Shown: in pieces, positions 29,524 to 40,350 of the stretch | Layout: each line of letters begins with the position of its first letter | Numbering within the stretch: position 1 is the stretch's first letter | Assembly: GCA_965216875.1 (NCBI GenBank) | Contig: OZ244207.1 | Span: 2,304,001 to 2,368,000 of the forward strand | From: Rubripirellula sp. | GTDB taxonomy: Bacteria > Planctomycetota > Planctomycetia > Pirellulales > Pirellulaceae | Direction: 5' to 3' | DNA length: 64,000 bases | Program-made: the position numbers and the translations under genes | Notes under the pieces: model-generated | What the model was told of the DNA's origin: nothing | The model's database searches: none | What the model saw: only the letters and a program-made list of their open reading frames with translations

Positions 29524-30657
29524 ATGTCGATCCACCACCGCTTTCTATCAATCTTTGCTGCATCGTGCGTTTTCGTTTCAGTCGCACATGCCGAAAAGCC
29601 AACCTCCGAACCCTTTGGCAAAACAGCTGACGGCAAGGCTGTCGAGCTCTATACGATCAAAGGTGAAAACGGCTTCGCCGCAAAGGTCATGACGCGTGGT
29701 GCAACGCTCGTGCAATTGCATGCTCCTGATGCCGATGGAAAGACAGCTGATGTCGTCCTTGGGTTTGATGATGTCAGTGGCTACGAGAGCGCGGCGAACC
29801 AGTATTTCGGCTGCACAACGGGTCGCGTTTGCAATCGGATCGCAAAAGGCAAATTCACCCTCGACGGAAAAGAGTATTCACTCGCGATCAACAACGACCC
29901 CAATCATCTTCATGGTGGTGTCGAGCGCAGCCTCGACAAAGTCGTCTGGACTGCGCGTGCGGTCGACAACCAGAAGGGATCGGGCGTCATTTTCAAATAC
30001 ACCAGTCCCGATGGCGAAGAAGGCTATCCCGGGAAACTTGATGTCACCGTTCGCTACTTCGTTCCCAAAGGAACCAATCGGTTGGCAATCAGCTATACCG
30101 CGACGACAGATCAAGCGACGCCAGTCAACTTGACCAATCACGCTTACTTCAATCTCGGTGGCGAAGGAAGCGAAACGGTCCTCAACCACGCCCTGAAACT
30201 CAATGCCGATCATTACACACCCGTCGACGATACGCTGATCCCCACCGGTGAAATCAAGAGCGTCGAAGGAACCGAGTTGGACTTTCGTAAAATGACACGG
30301 ATCGGCAAACGCATCGATCCGCTCACCGATACCGCAGCCATTGGCTACGACCACAACTTCGTGTTGAACAAAGCTCAAGGAGAAAACGGATACCGTTTCG
30401 CGGCGCTGCTTAAAGATCCCGAGTCGGGCCGCACGCTTCGGATCACGACCACCGAAATCGGCATTCAGTTCTACTCAGGTAACTTCCTGGAAGGACAGAA
30501 AGGCAAAGGGGGCAAGGTCTACAACCACCGCAGCGCATTGTGTCTGGAAACCCAACACTTCCCCGATAGCGTCAATCAGGCCGATTTCCCCTCAACCATT
30601 TTGAAACCTGGCGATACCTATCGGTCGACAACGTTGCTTAACTTTGACGCCGAATAG
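29524..30657 (+). CDS. galM: Aldose 1-epimerase (mutarotase) with signal peptide
   Basis: GRVCNRI, NHLHGG, EGYPG, NLTNHAYFNL, YDHNF, QFYSGN and CLETQHFPD; N-terminal signal ending VAHA-EK. Confidence 0.95.
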   Translation: MSIHHRFLSIFAASCVFVSVAHAEKPTSEPFGKTADGKAVELYTIKGENGFAAKVMTRGATLVQLHAPDADGKTADVVLGFDDVSGYESAANQYFGCTTGRVCNRIAKGKFTLDGKEYSLAINNDPNHLHGGVERSLDKVVWTARAVDNQKGSGVIFKYTSPDGEEGYPGKLDVTVRYFVPKGTNRLAISYTATTDQATPVNLTNHAYFNLGGEGSETVLNHALKLNADHYTPVDDTLIPTGEIKSVEGTELDFRKMTRIGKRIDPLTDTAAIGYDHNFVLNKAQGENGYRFAALLKDPESGRTLRITTTEIGIQFYSGNFLEGQKGKGGKVYNHRSALCLETQHFPDSVNQADFPSTILKPGDTYRSTTLLNFDAE

Positions 30658-30765
30658 ACATCCGAGTCGACGTCGACAAGCCAAGTTTAAAGGTGCTTCC
30701 GCATCCACCATCGATGCGGAAGCCAACCGCCCCAAACACTTTTCGCGAATTCTTTCGCTTCTTCG

Positions 30766-30790
30766 GTCACAAAACTTTGTGGCCCGCGTT
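30766..30790 (+). promoter_or_regulatory. Possible ECF-type autoregulatory promoter overlapping a palindrome
   Basis: GTCACA-15 bp-CGTT just upstream of the ECF sigma ATG; GGTCACAAA-AC-TTTGTGGCC is also an inverted repeat. Confidence 0.35.
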
Positions 30791-30801
30791 TCACGGGGTA
30801 A

Positions 30802-31314
30802 ATGAACGCGAAACCAGCCCAAGACCTAGCCGACTTCCTCGAGAAACATCACGGGATCGTTTGGAAAATCGCAAACTCCTTTTGCGAGGCTCCAGGCGAA
30901 TGCGACGACCTGTTTCAAGAGATTTGCATTGGCTTATGGGCCGCCTATGACTCGATGCCGTCCGACGTGAAACCGTCGACCTACGTGTATCGCGTGGCAC
31001 TCAACCGAGCAATCTCGTGGCAGCGAAAAGAAAGAACGTACCTGAAACACGTCAGGTTCTACTTCTCGCAATCCACCCCGAGAGAGCCTGAGCCGGATTC
31101 GCTTGAACAATCCGAACAACTTCGCACGCTCTACAAAGCGATTCGCTCGCTGCCCGAAAGTGACCGTTCTCTTGTGCTGATGTTTCTTGACGACATCGGT
31201 TACGCAGAGATGGCCAGCATCTTGGGAGTCAGTGAACCGACTGTACGCAAGCGGGTTTCGCGAGTGAAGCAAAAGCTGGCGGCGTTGATCCAAACCGAAG
31301 GAGAGCAATCATGA
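30802..31314 (+). CDS. ECF RNA polymerase sigma factor
   Basis: DDLFQEI, TYVYRVALN, LPESDR and YAEMASILGVSEPTVRKRVSR (sigma regions 2 and 4 only). Confidence 0.95.
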   Translation: MNAKPAQDLADFLEKHHGIVWKIANSFCEAPGECDDLFQEICIGLWAAYDSMPSDVKPSTYVYRVALNRAISWQRKERTYLKHVRFYFSQSTPREPEPDSLEQSEQLRTLYKAIRSLPESDRSLVLMFLDDIGYAEMASILGVSEPTVRKRVSRVKQKLAALIQTEGEQS

Positions 31315-31919
31315 CACTTGAAGAAGCTGGGCAGATTTGGACCGACCAATCGCCTCCCAAAAAATCAAAAGGCGAATTGGTCAAAATCGTTCAAAGCTAC
31401 AACGCGTCGACCAAACGCCACCTCTGGGCAAGTGGCTTTTTCTGTGCGTTTGTCATCATCGCCGGGATTTACAACTTGATCGGGCAAGTCTTCGTCAACG
31501 GCGACGCACTAGGCGTTGCCCTGCTTCGCTTCTCGGTGCTGTTGGTTGCGATCCCGATTCAGTTGTTTGTGCACCGCAGTTTGGTACGACAACATCGCGA
31601 GCGGCAAAGCCTTGCGTCCGATCATGTCGCGTGGTTGAAGTTGCGTGTCAAAGAGCTGAATACGCAAATCAATGAGCCGGTCCAGTGGAAATTCCTGGCC
31701 TTCGTTCTGTTCACGCTCGTGGTCGTTTCGTTGACCAAGTGGATTGATTACCAAAGCGGCGAGGATTCACTTGCTGAATGCCTGCTGATTCCAGGATTCG
31801 TCCTGATCAGCTTTCTGACTGTCGGCCTTTTCATGTGGCACTACCGTCAGATGTTCATGATCCCTGACCTCCAGCGTTATCGGAACTTGCTCAGTGAAGC
31901 GACAGGCGATTCCGCTTGA
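31311..31919 (+). CDS. Four-TM membrane protein, putative anti-sigma factor
   Basis: ATGA overlap with the ECF sigma gene; MTLEEAGQIW start; four hydrophobic helices. Confidence 0.7.
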   Translation: MTLEEAGQIWTDQSPPKKSKGELVKIVQSYNASTKRHLWASGFFCAFVIIAGIYNLIGQVFVNGDALGVALLRFSVLLVAIPIQLFVHRSLVRQHRERQSLASDHVAWLKLRVKELNTQINEPVQWKFLAFVLFTLVVVSLTKWIDYQSGEDSLAECLLIPGFVLISFLTVGLFMWHYRQMFMIPDLQRYRNLLSEATGDSA

Positions 31920-32193
31920 GACTCGCTTCGTTGTTCAGGGTCAAGTGTGCGATCGTGTCGAAATGTGCCCCAGTGTCGCGCACTCACTCTCGATCGTTTC
32001 GGCAAAACCGGAACGATCTTTTCTCGGTTTCGAAAGACCATTCTCAGAAACGCAACTGGTGTTTTTCCGTTCCAAATTTCTGTTGTGGCTATCCGCAATC
32101 CATGCCATGCAAACGGGGGGCCTCCGTTAGTTAGAGGTAAGAATTCCTCGACGGGCAACTCGTTTTAAGCAGCGCTGGATTTGGGGCAAAACA

Positions 32194-33978
32194 ATGCGTG
32201 AAGGGAACGTCGGACATTGGACACTACGCACAAAACTGATGGTCACTTCGATGGTCACGTTGATCATCGTCGCAAGTTCAATGACCTGGATGAACTACAG
32301 TGATTCCAAGCAAGCCGCGATCGATCAAAGCATCGAAAAGGCGCGGGCCGTCGTCCTGACCACCGAGTCAATCCGCGAGGGCATGGCGGACAAATGGAAT
32401 TCAGGAATCGTTAGCAAAGAGTTGATGTCCAAGTGGGCCAGCGCTGGCGAGATGGACAAGGTTCTGGGCGCCGTCCCGGTCGTGACTGCATGGCAAGCCG
32501 CACAGGCCAAGGCCGAGGAGGGAGGCTACGAGTTTCGCGTTCCCAAAGTGAACCCGCGAAACCCCAGCAACGAACCCGATGCGGTGGAACTCGCCGTACT
32601 CGAGCGTTTCAAGGCAGACGGCTATCTCAAAGAACACTTTGAAATTGACCGAGAACACAACAGCCTGCGTTACTTTCGGCCGATCCGGCTGACCGAAGAT
32701 TGCATGCTCTGTCATGGCGACCCCGCAACCTCAGCGGAGCTCTGGGGTAACCACGATGGACTCGACCCAACCGGTGCCAAAATGGAAAACTGGAAGGTCG
32801 GTGACGTGCACGGTGCCTTCGAAGTCATCCAATCCCTTGACGAAGCCGATGCGCGAACCACACAAGCTCTGTTCAAGGGTTTGTTTGTGCTCGCAGCCGG
32901 CATCACGCTGGGCAGTCTTGCGTTGCTGTTGATCATCAACCGCATCACCGCACCCATCAAAGGCATCGTGGAGATGCTGAAAGAGATCGCGCAAGGCGAG
33001 GGCGACTTGACCAAGCGAATCGCAGTCGCTTCGCAGGACGAGCTTGGCGAACTGGCACACTGGTTCAACCAATTCATTGGCAAACTGCAAACGATGGTCA
33101 AATCGTTTGCAAACAATGCGTCGTCGCTTGACGCTGCTTCGACGGAATTGGCCGAAACCGCCTCGCAACTCAGCAATAGTGCCAACGACACGACCGGTGA
33201 GACGGCCTCAGTCGCCTCTGCCGCTGAGCAGCTAACCATGAACACGAACTCCATGGCGGCGGCGAGCGAGCAAATGACGACCAACATCCAACACATTGCA
33301 GCGTCTCTCGAGGAAATGAACAGCAGTGTCGATGAAATCGCGGCGACCGCTCACAAATCAAGCGCGGTGGTCGACAAAGCAACCAATCTGACGGAAGCCA
33401 GCAGCGAGCGATTAGAAAAACTTGGTTCGACCGCGGATGCGGTTGGCAGCGTCGTCGCCACCATCCAAGACATTGCCGAACAAACCAACTTGCTTGCCCT
33501 CAACGCCACCATCGAATCGGCCAGGGCAGGGGAGGCGGGTCGAGGATTCGCCGTTGTCGCAAACGAAGTCAAGTGCCTCGCGCAACAAACGGCCCAAGCG
33601 ACCGTCGGTATTCGAGACCAGATCACCGAGATTCAGGACGCCAGTGAACAAGCCATCGACTCGATCGCCGAAATCCGTGATGTGATCCAACAAGTCAACA
33701 GCGTCTCAACCACCATCGCTTCCGCGGTCGAGCAGCAGAGCATGACGACCAAACAGATCGCGACGGTGATGTCCCAAACGTCCGATGCCGCCCAAGATGT
33801 CTCGCGCGGGATTTGCGAATCGGCCACGGCAACGCGCGACATCACGCGCAATATGACCAACGTTGACGAAGCGACCCAGCAAACGGCCCATGGAGCGGAC
33901 CAGACTCGAAGTTCAAGCTCGGACCTCTCACACCTTGCCGACGAACTACAAAGACTCGTCCGGCAGTTCAACGTCTAG
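32194..33978 (+). CDS. Methyl-accepting chemotaxis protein with DUF3365/Tll0287-like heme-c sensor domain
   Basis: TM, periplasmic PRNPSNEPD...CMLCHG, TM, HAMP (GDLTKRI..DELGEL), then [30 protein letters not shown]. Confidence 0.95.
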   Translation: MREGNVGHWTLRTKLMVTSMVTLIIVASSMTWMNYSDSKQAAIDQSIEKARAVVLTTESIREGMADKWNSGIVSKELMSKWASAGEMDKVLGAVPVVTAWQAAQAKAEEGGYEFRVPKVNPRNPSNEPDAVELAVLERFKADGYLKEHFEIDREHNSLRYFRPIRLTEDCMLCHGDPATSAELWGNHDGLDPTGAKMENWKVGDVHGAFEVIQSLDEADARTTQALFKGLFVLAAGITLGSLALLLIINRITAPIKGIVEMLKEIAQGEGDLTKRIAVASQDELGELAHWFNQFIGKLQTMVKSFANNASSLDAASTELAETASQLSNSANDTTGETASVASAAEQLTMNTNSMAAASEQMTTNIQHIAASLEEMNSSVDEIAATAHKSSAVVDKATNLTEASSERLEKLGSTADAVGSVVATIQDIAEQTNLLALNATIESARAGEAGRGFAVVANEVKCLAQQTAQATVGIRDQITEIQDASEQAIDSIAEIRDVIQQVNSVSTTIASAVEQQSMTTKQIATVMSQTSDAAQDVSRGICESATATRDITRNMTNVDEATQQTAHGADQTRSSSSDLSHLADELQRLVRQFNV

Positions 33979-34201
33979 ACAAGACCGAACTTTGGTCGGC
34001 ACCAAATCCGTGAGGGGTGCCCCGCGCAAAGCTGGCACAAACCTGCCAGTCGGCTTTGTCGGGCAATATTCTGCTCCCTCTCCTTTGGTGCCGGCCGATG
34101 CCGGACTCCTTCTCTCGAGTGTCTTCGATCGAGCGATTTCGATTGCGAACAGAGCTTCCGAAATCGCGGGTACGAATTGACGCGGCCAAGTTTCTCAGCT
34201 T

Positions 34202-34888
34202 GTGCGAATCCTAGCTCACGACCATACTTGGGGTGTGAGGAACGAGCATCCAACGCTTGTTGCAGTTGGCTTTGCTTTGATTCAGATTTTCGAGCGCATC
34301 ATCCGAACTTCGCCGCTACAAAAATACATCCATTGGGTGCTGTTTTTTGCGGTCACGTTTGCGCTCTCTGGAATCGTTCTGATTCCGACTTCCCAAGTCG
34401 ACAAATCGAATCTCTCTGAACGGTTTCCTTGTGAAAACTGCCCCTGTGGGTGTCGAAGTGCCGATTTCTGCTGGGATCAATGCTGTTGTCACACCGACGA
34501 AGAAAAGCTCGCCTGGGCCAAGCGTGAGGGTGTTCGTCCCCCCGATTTCCTAGTCGCCCGTGTCTCCCGCGCTGCCTTGGAATCGACGGCAAGCACCGAG
34601 CGTTCTTCGTGCTGTTGTTGCTGCAGCTCGCAGGATGCAAAGTGCGTCGCGCCAAACGCGGACGCCGTTGCTGCCAACGCGGGCCCGCCCCAGACCGTCT
34701 TGATGTGGAAAGCCGCGCAATGCCGCGGCCTCGACCACTTCTGGATGCTGTTGGGGTCGGTCTTTGTTTCTCCACCGTGGCAATCATCTGATGAACCTTG
34801 TTTGTTGCACCGATGCGAAGTCCGTAATGAACGAGTGACGTTCGTCGCCCGCAAACCCGATCCGCCCGTTCCCTGGGCATCACTCTGA
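34202..34888 (+). CDS. Cys-rich membrane-anchored hypothetical protein
   Basis: One TM segment, [10 protein letters not shown]...[13 protein letters not shown] and a C-terminal PDPPVP. True start probably later (near 34277). Confidence 0.7.
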   Translation: MRILAHDHTWGVRNEHPTLVAVGFALIQIFERIIRTSPLQKYIHWVLFFAVTFALSGIVLIPTSQVDKSNLSERFPCENCPCGCRSADFCWDQCCCHTDEEKLAWAKREGVRPPDFLVARVSRAALESTASTERSSCCCCCSSQDAKCVAPNADAVAANAGPPQTVLMWKAAQCRGLDHFWMLLGSVFVSPPWQSSDEPCLLHRCEVRNERVTFVARKPDPPVPWASL

Positions 34889-35165
34889 GCGGCACTCTGC
34901 TGCGCCCATCCACTGCCATACCTTCACTACCTGCTGTAGTCGGTCACCGCTGCGCCTCGAGCTCGAGGTGCCGATCGATGCACGCTTCCACGTGGGCATT
35001 GTTGACGGCTCGTTCCTCACAACAACGCGTCTGATTCACGCCCGCGTGGAGGCGACATCGCAAAAGCTGAGTACTCCAACTTTGTCAGCCTGCGCAACCG
35101 CGTTCGCTTACGGAGATGGCTCAGCGTGCGCGCCGACGTCCAGCGTTCATCTTCTATCAATCAAA

Positions 35166-36242
35166 ATGAAACTTCAAACAAAACACCGCCCCGCTGCGTT
35201 CACCCTCGTTGAACTACTGGTCGTGATCTCAATCATCGGCGTCCTTGTCGCACTTCTGTTGCCAGCAGTCCAAGCGGCAAGGGAAGCAGCCCGGCGAATG
35301 AGCTGTAGCAACAACATGAAACAAATCGTGTTGGCCATGCACAACTATGAAAGTGCATTCAAAAAGTTGCCTGCAAACTACACCACCGGGCAAGGCATCT
35401 CGGGCAACTTCTCGGTCTTTGCCCAAATGGCTCCCTATTACGAACAAGCCAACGTGCTTGATCTGATCGATTTTGGTCGCCCGCTTCACGTTGGATGTTG
35501 CCCCGGCCAGCTCGTCGCACCACACGACACAGCGGCTGCGACCATCTTGCCAATTCTTGCCTGCCCCAGTGAAAGTGGCCAGCGCACCTTTGGCGTCGTG
35601 TCGCTGTCTGGGCGGGGCCCGACCCAAAGCTATGCCGGAACGAACTACGCGATGAATTTCGGGACAGGCGTTGGTCTTGGTTACGACACGCGGGTACCGA
35701 CCAACGGCGTTCAATGGATCGACGCCAACGTTGGTTTCAGCGCCGTCCAAGATGGGCTCAGCAACACCGCCGCTTTTGCCGAGCTGCTGCTTGGCGTGCT
35801 CAGTCAACGTCCCCAGGAACCCACAACCGATTCACGACGACGACGAACCATGATGAACGTTCGTTGCCAATTCGTCGATCGAGCGAGAAGGCCCGCGACA
35901 CCTGGCTTTGCAGGATTCGAAATACCCGAGGATCCCAACCAACTTGAAGAGTACACACGCAATCATGCCCTCTTTCGAGGATGGGCGGGGCAACGCGGTG
36001 CGGGTTGGATCAACGGCCGCGAGTATTGGACCGGTTACTCGCACTACCATCCACCGCAAAGTGGAACACCCGACATGACCAGTTGTGGTTGGGGCGTTTT
36101 CGGAGCGCGCAGTAACCATCCCGGTGGCGTTCACGTCGCCATGTGCGACGGAAGCGTGCAATTCGTTAGCGAAAGTATCGATCTTACGCTCTGGCGAGCC
36201 ATCGGTACGCGTTTTGGTCGCGAAGTGATCGAAGAGCTTTAG
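35166..36242 (+). CDS. DUF1559 prepilin-type N-methylation / H-X9-DG protein
   Basis: [60 protein letters not shown]. Confidence 0.96.
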   Translation: MKLQTKHRPAAFTLVELLVVISIIGVLVALLLPAVQAAREAARRMSCSNNMKQIVLAMHNYESAFKKLPANYTTGQGISGNFSVFAQMAPYYEQANVLDLIDFGRPLHVGCCPGQLVAPHDTAAATILPILACPSESGQRTFGVVSLSGRGPTQSYAGTNYAMNFGTGVGLGYDTRVPTNGVQWIDANVGFSAVQDGLSNTAAFAELLLGVLSQRPQEPTTDSRRRRTMMNVRCQFVDRARRPATPGFAGFEIPEDPNQLEEYTRNHALFRGWAGQRGAGWINGREYWTGYSHYHPPQSGTPDMTSCGWGVFGARSNHPGGVHVAMCDGSVQFVSESIDLTLWRAIGTRFGREVIEEL

Positions 36243-36366
36243 TCGAACACTCGCTGGGTGACGAAATCAGATTGTGGATTAGCGTGCGCGCAGCCGCACG
36301 CGGGACACACTCAAGAATCGGCGCAAGATTCGGGTTATCCCGAATTTAGGGGAAGACAGAAGCTCG

Positions 36367-37386
36367 ATGAAACGACTCGCTCGCATGTTGATCGCGCCGT
36401 GCTTGGTTGCACGTCGCAGCTACCTCGCCATGCGAGCCGTCCGATACTTGTATCGCTTCAAGCCATTGGTCGGTGCGATCAACTTTCTGTTTGATCCCAA
36501 CAGCATTCGCAAGCACACCGCGCACTCAATTCCGGCGATGTACGTCAATGTTCGCGGTCGTTTGGGTGAGCAGCTTCGCGTGAACCTTGGCGACCACATT
36601 GGTTGGAACATCTTCCTGACCGGGCATTTTGACCTGACCCCCGTCATCGCAGGCCTTGTTCTGCAACAGGAGTGCCCTCAAGGCGTCTATATCGACATTG
36701 GCGCAAACATTGGCGATACGTCCATCGCGATCGCGCGGCACGGGATCCATACAGTTGGCATTGATGCATCGGCAATGGCAATCTCCGAATTATGCCACAA
36801 CATCGCGATCAACTCGCCCATCCCTTACACCGTGGTTCACGCGGCAGTATCCGCGACGCCCAAGCCACGCTGCGGTGAGGTCGAACACGACTACATCAAA
36901 TTGCATGTGCCGATGGGCAACACCGGTGCGGCCTCGGTACATGATGACTGGAATCCCTCACGCAGCCAAAGCGCCTCGCTCCTCGCGGCTCCTCGAACCA
37001 TCAGCGAAATCGTTGAATCACTTTCGATCGATTCGGTCAGCTGTATCAAACTTGATGTCGAAGGTGCCGAACGCGAAGCACTCGCCGGCATGCGATCGCT
37101 GCTCGATGCAACCAAAGCACCCCTGATTTTCGAATACCGCCGCGATCTTTCCAGCGGCAATGAAACGGCAGAGGCAATGCTCGAATTACTGCCGAAGCAA
37201 TATCGCTGCTATGGGATTCGTTGCATCGACATCGTCGAAGATCGCGCGACACTCCGTATTGAACCGTTCGACCGCGACCGATCCTATGAAAACGTCCTCG
37301 CGGTTGCCGAATCCCTGCCTCCGTCCCTTGCGCCCGCCGAGCGCCCAAGCGGATTGGTCGTGCCCTTTGCCAGGGATGCCGCTTGA
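36367..37386 (+). CDS. FkbM-family methyltransferase
   Basis: IDIGANIG, GNTGAAS and IKLDVEGAE. Confidence 0.9.
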   Translation: MKRLARMLIAPCLVARRSYLAMRAVRYLYRFKPLVGAINFLFDPNSIRKHTAHSIPAMYVNVRGRLGEQLRVNLGDHIGWNIFLTGHFDLTPVIAGLVLQQECPQGVYIDIGANIGDTSIAIARHGIHTVGIDASAMAISELCHNIAINSPIPYTVVHAAVSATPKPRCGEVEHDYIKLHVPMGNTGAASVHDDWNPSRSQSASLLAAPRTISEIVESLSIDSVSCIKLDVEGAEREALAGMRSLLDATKAPLIFEYRRDLSSGNETAEAMLELLPKQYRCYGIRCIDIVEDRATLRIEPFDRDRSYENVLAVAESLPPSLAPAERPSGLVVPFARDAA

Positions 37387-38741
37387 TGTCGCAGAATGCT
37401 GCTGGCCTAACCGGTAATCATGTTCGATTGGCAGATCGCCTGCGCGCGTTATTCGCTGCGGGAACACGACGCCATGCTGCCGACTCCGCAGCGCTTGCGA
37501 CCGGATATGTCGCCCAACTCGCCTTTCAAATGGTCTACTTCCTGGTGCTCACCCGCATGTTGGGACCAGATTGGTTTGGGCGGTTTGCCGCGGCACTTGC
37601 AGCAATCAATTTGGCTTCGCCATTGGCAGGGCTCGGCTTTGGCGAAGTCGCCCTGCTACGGGTTAGCCAAGACCGCAAATCAACGGGCCGGTGGACAACG
37701 AACGCAACGGCAATCACGGCAATTTCGGGCTTCGCAATCGCAGCCGTTCTGGCACTCGCCGCAGCCGTCTTGGTCTCAAATCAATGGCTGCCTTGGCAAA
37801 TGATGCTCGCGCTCGCGATCAATGAACTGGTTTTGGTTCGCTGTTGCCACGTCGCCGCCAGGATCCACCAAGCGCGACGTGAAATCCTGCGTACCTCTGC
37901 AATCAATGTTTCGGTGGCGGCACTCAAAGCTGCCGTTGCCGCCGCGATCTTTTTCGCTGGACCTCAAACGCTCGAAAGTCTCGTCTTCGTTTTGTTGTTG
38001 AGCTTCGCGCCACTCGCCGTCTACGTCGTCGCCTCTTTGTTTTCGCGTGCGCCAGCGACCGGGTTGAACTGGAACCATCTTCGCAGCGACTGCAAGCTCG
38101 CTTTTTCTTTTGCGTCGGGCACGATCAGCAAAGCGGTATACACCGACCTCGACAAGCTCTTCTTGGCACGATGGCAGACCTCGTTCGTCGTTGGCACCTA
38201 CGCTGCTGGCTACAAGCTGTTGGCATTGTCCTTTATGCCAATTCGGGCCGTCCTCGAAGCAACCTTTTCAAGACAGGTCGAACTCGCCGAAAACGATCGT
38301 CAAGCGTCACGGTCGTTTACGACCAAACTCTTCTGTTTTAACACTGCCGCCGCCGCAACCATCTCCGTCACGCTCTACGCCCTCGCGCCACTGGCGACAC
38401 TCGTTTTCGGAAGCGAATACGAAGAATCGATTGACGTGATCCGGATTGGGTGCTTCCTCCCGCTACTTCAATCGGTCCACTACACCCTAGGCAACCACCT
38501 CACCGCTACCGGACGCCAACACGTGCGTACTGTCGTCCAAATCTTTGTGGTGGCAGTCTATGTCATCACGGCGATGTATGTGATCGCGACCTATTCCTGG
38601 AAAGGTGCCATCTACACAAGCTTGGCGTGCGAAGCGTTGTTGATGTTCCTGTTCGCAATCGCGTGCTTATCCACTTCGCCCAGAGATGCATCAGGAATGA
38701 CCATTGACCGAAAGCAACCCACCGAAGGGACGTCGTCATGA
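37386..38741 (+). CDS. Wzx-like polysaccharide flippase
   Basis: TGATG coupling to the FkbM gene; about 12 TM helices; LTRMLGPDWFG, DLDKLFL and VGTYAAGY. Confidence 0.85.
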   Translation: MSQNAAGLTGNHVRLADRLRALFAAGTRRHAADSAALATGYVAQLAFQMVYFLVLTRMLGPDWFGRFAAALAAINLASPLAGLGFGEVALLRVSQDRKSTGRWTTNATAITAISGFAIAAVLALAAAVLVSNQWLPWQMMLALAINELVLVRCCHVAARIHQARREILRTSAINVSVAALKAAVAAAIFFAGPQTLESLVFVLLLSFAPLAVYVVASLFSRAPATGLNWNHLRSDCKLAFSFASGTISKAVYTDLDKLFLARWQTSFVVGTYAAGYKLLALSFMPIRAVLEATFSRQVELAENDRQASRSFTTKLFCFNTAAAATISVTLYALAPLATLVFGSEYEESIDVIRIGCFLPLLQSVHYTLGNHLTATGRQHVRTVVQIFVVAVYVITAMYVIATYSWKGAIYTSLACEALLMFLFAIACLSTSPRDASGMTIDRKQPTEGTSS

Positions 38742-39892
38742 AAACATTGATCATCAGTGACGAATACCGGCCCGTCATCGGCGGTATCGCGCGCGTCGCA
38801 GGCGCCTTGGCAGACGGGCTCGTCCAGCGAGGGCATGATGTCACCGTCCTTACAAGTCGAGCCAGACTTTCGCCATCCGATCACGCCGACGAAAGGGCGA
38901 CGATCCGGTATTACAACCGCCCAAAAACGGCAAAACTTGGAAAGCTCTACCTGACAGCTGTTTGGCCCCTATCTGTAGGTGCGTGGATTCGCAGCCAGTC
39001 GTTTGACCGCACCTTTGTGCTCGACCCAGTCAACGCGTTGCCCCTGCCGATGATGAACGTCGGCGGCGCGGTCGAGTACGAATTGCTGCTCCATGGGTCC
39101 GAACTGCTACGTTACTCTCGATCGGCCGCCACCCGAATGTTGCTCGGTAAGGCCATCGCTCAGGCGAAACAAGTCTTTACGACCACTCGTTTCGTCGAGA
39201 CGCAACTCCTCGAGCGCTACCATCAACCGAGCATCCGAACGTCATGTGGTGTCGGCGATGAGTTTTTTGAAACTGCCGAGTCGCCTGAGACAACCGATCG
39301 CCTACGTTCACGCTACGGATTGGCTAGCGATGACTTTATCGTTGGTACGATCAGCCGACTCGACTTCCGCAAGGGAAACGACATCGTTGTCGATGCGGTT
39401 GCACAGCTGGCCAACAGATTCCCCAAACTCAAATACCTGATCGGCGGCACAGGACCTCAAGCCGAGCCGCTACGACGTCAGGTCCAGCGCTTGCAGCTTT
39501 CTGATCGAGTCGTTTTTTGTGGGCGCATTGCGGATGACGAACTTGTCTCGCATTACGATCTCTTCGACGCCTACGCGATGCCCAACCGACTGCTTGACGA
39601 CAACACCGTCGAAGGCTTTGGGATCTCGTTCGCCGAAGCGGCTGCACGCGGCATCCCGAGTATTGGTGTTGATAATGGCGGCGTGGCTGAATCGGTCGCC
39701 GATGGCACGTCTGGGATCTTGCTGCCCGAGGCTACCGTCGACCTTGTCTCACGGTCGTTGGTGCAGCTTCTAACGGGTCAGGCAGCGTTTGACAGGTCAT
39801 TGATTCAAGATCATGGGCACTCGTTCCGTTGGGATCTTTTCATTGACCGAATGCTGAATCCCAACACCAGCCCCTTGATCCAGGCCGCGTGA
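38738..39892 (+). CDS. GT4 glycosyltransferase
   Basis: YRPVIGGI, HGSE, ISRLDFRKG and EGFGISFAEA (EX7E). Confidence 0.93.
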   Translation: MKTLIISDEYRPVIGGIARVAGALADGLVQRGHDVTVLTSRARLSPSDHADERATIRYYNRPKTAKLGKLYLTAVWPLSVGAWIRSQSFDRTFVLDPVNALPLPMMNVGGAVEYELLLHGSELLRYSRSAATRMLLGKAIAQAKQVFTTTRFVETQLLERYHQPSIRTSCGVGDEFFETAESPETTDRLRSRYGLASDDFIVGTISRLDFRKGNDIVVDAVAQLANRFPKLKYLIGGTGPQAEPLRRQVQRLQLSDRVVFCGRIADDELVSHYDLFDAYAMPNRLLDDNTVEGFGISFAEAAARGIPSIGVDNGGVAESVADGTSGILLPEATVDLVSRSLVQLLTGQAAFDRSLIQDHGHSFRWDLFIDRMLNPNTSPLIQAA

Positions 39893-39957
39893 ACTGGCGT
39901 TCCGTTGATAGAATCAGCAATCAAGATTGATGCCGGAACACCATTGGGGACGCATTG

Positions 39958-40350
39958 ATGGATGGCAAGTTCGAAATCACTGTCAAAGAGAACTTTGTTC
40001 ACGTCGTCCAGACCGGACCCGACTCTTATGAAATCTCGCTCGCCATGTGGAAACAGATTGCCCAAACGTGCAATGACCACAAGATCTGGAACGTGCTTGG
40101 CGAAACAGCGACCTCGTCCCCGCTTTCGACCAAAGAAGCGTACGACCATATCGAGATCTTTCGCATCTGCGGGATCACGATCAAACACTGTGTGGCATGG
40201 GTGCACCACGGTGAAGACGTGGATGGGAGCATGCGATTCGCCGAAACCGTCCTCAAGAATCGCGGCATGCTTCGAGGAAAGTTCTGCGAGTCCTACGAGC
40301 AAGCAGAACGCTGGCTCAACGAAAACGGCGTTCCTCCCTGTTCGGCTTGA
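39958..40350 (+). CDS. Hypothetical protein, STAS/SpoIIAA-like alpha/beta pattern
   Basis: 130 aa ending RFAETVLKNRG...YEQAERWL, a pattern seen in SpoIIAA-like small proteins. Confidence 0.6.
   Translation: MDGKFEITVKENFVHVVQTGPDSYEISLAMWKQIAQTCNDHKIWNVLGETATSSPLSTKEAYDHIEIFRICGITIKHCVAWVHHGEDVDGSMRFAETVLKNRGMLRGKFCESYEQAERWLNENGVPPCSA

Noticed and set aside
34033..34046. Sigma54-like TGGCACAAACCTGC upstream of the Cys-rich gene
   Set aside because: Equally explained by the CTGGCA/TGCCAG hairpin just after the MCP stop; no enhancer-binding protein nearby, so not supportable.
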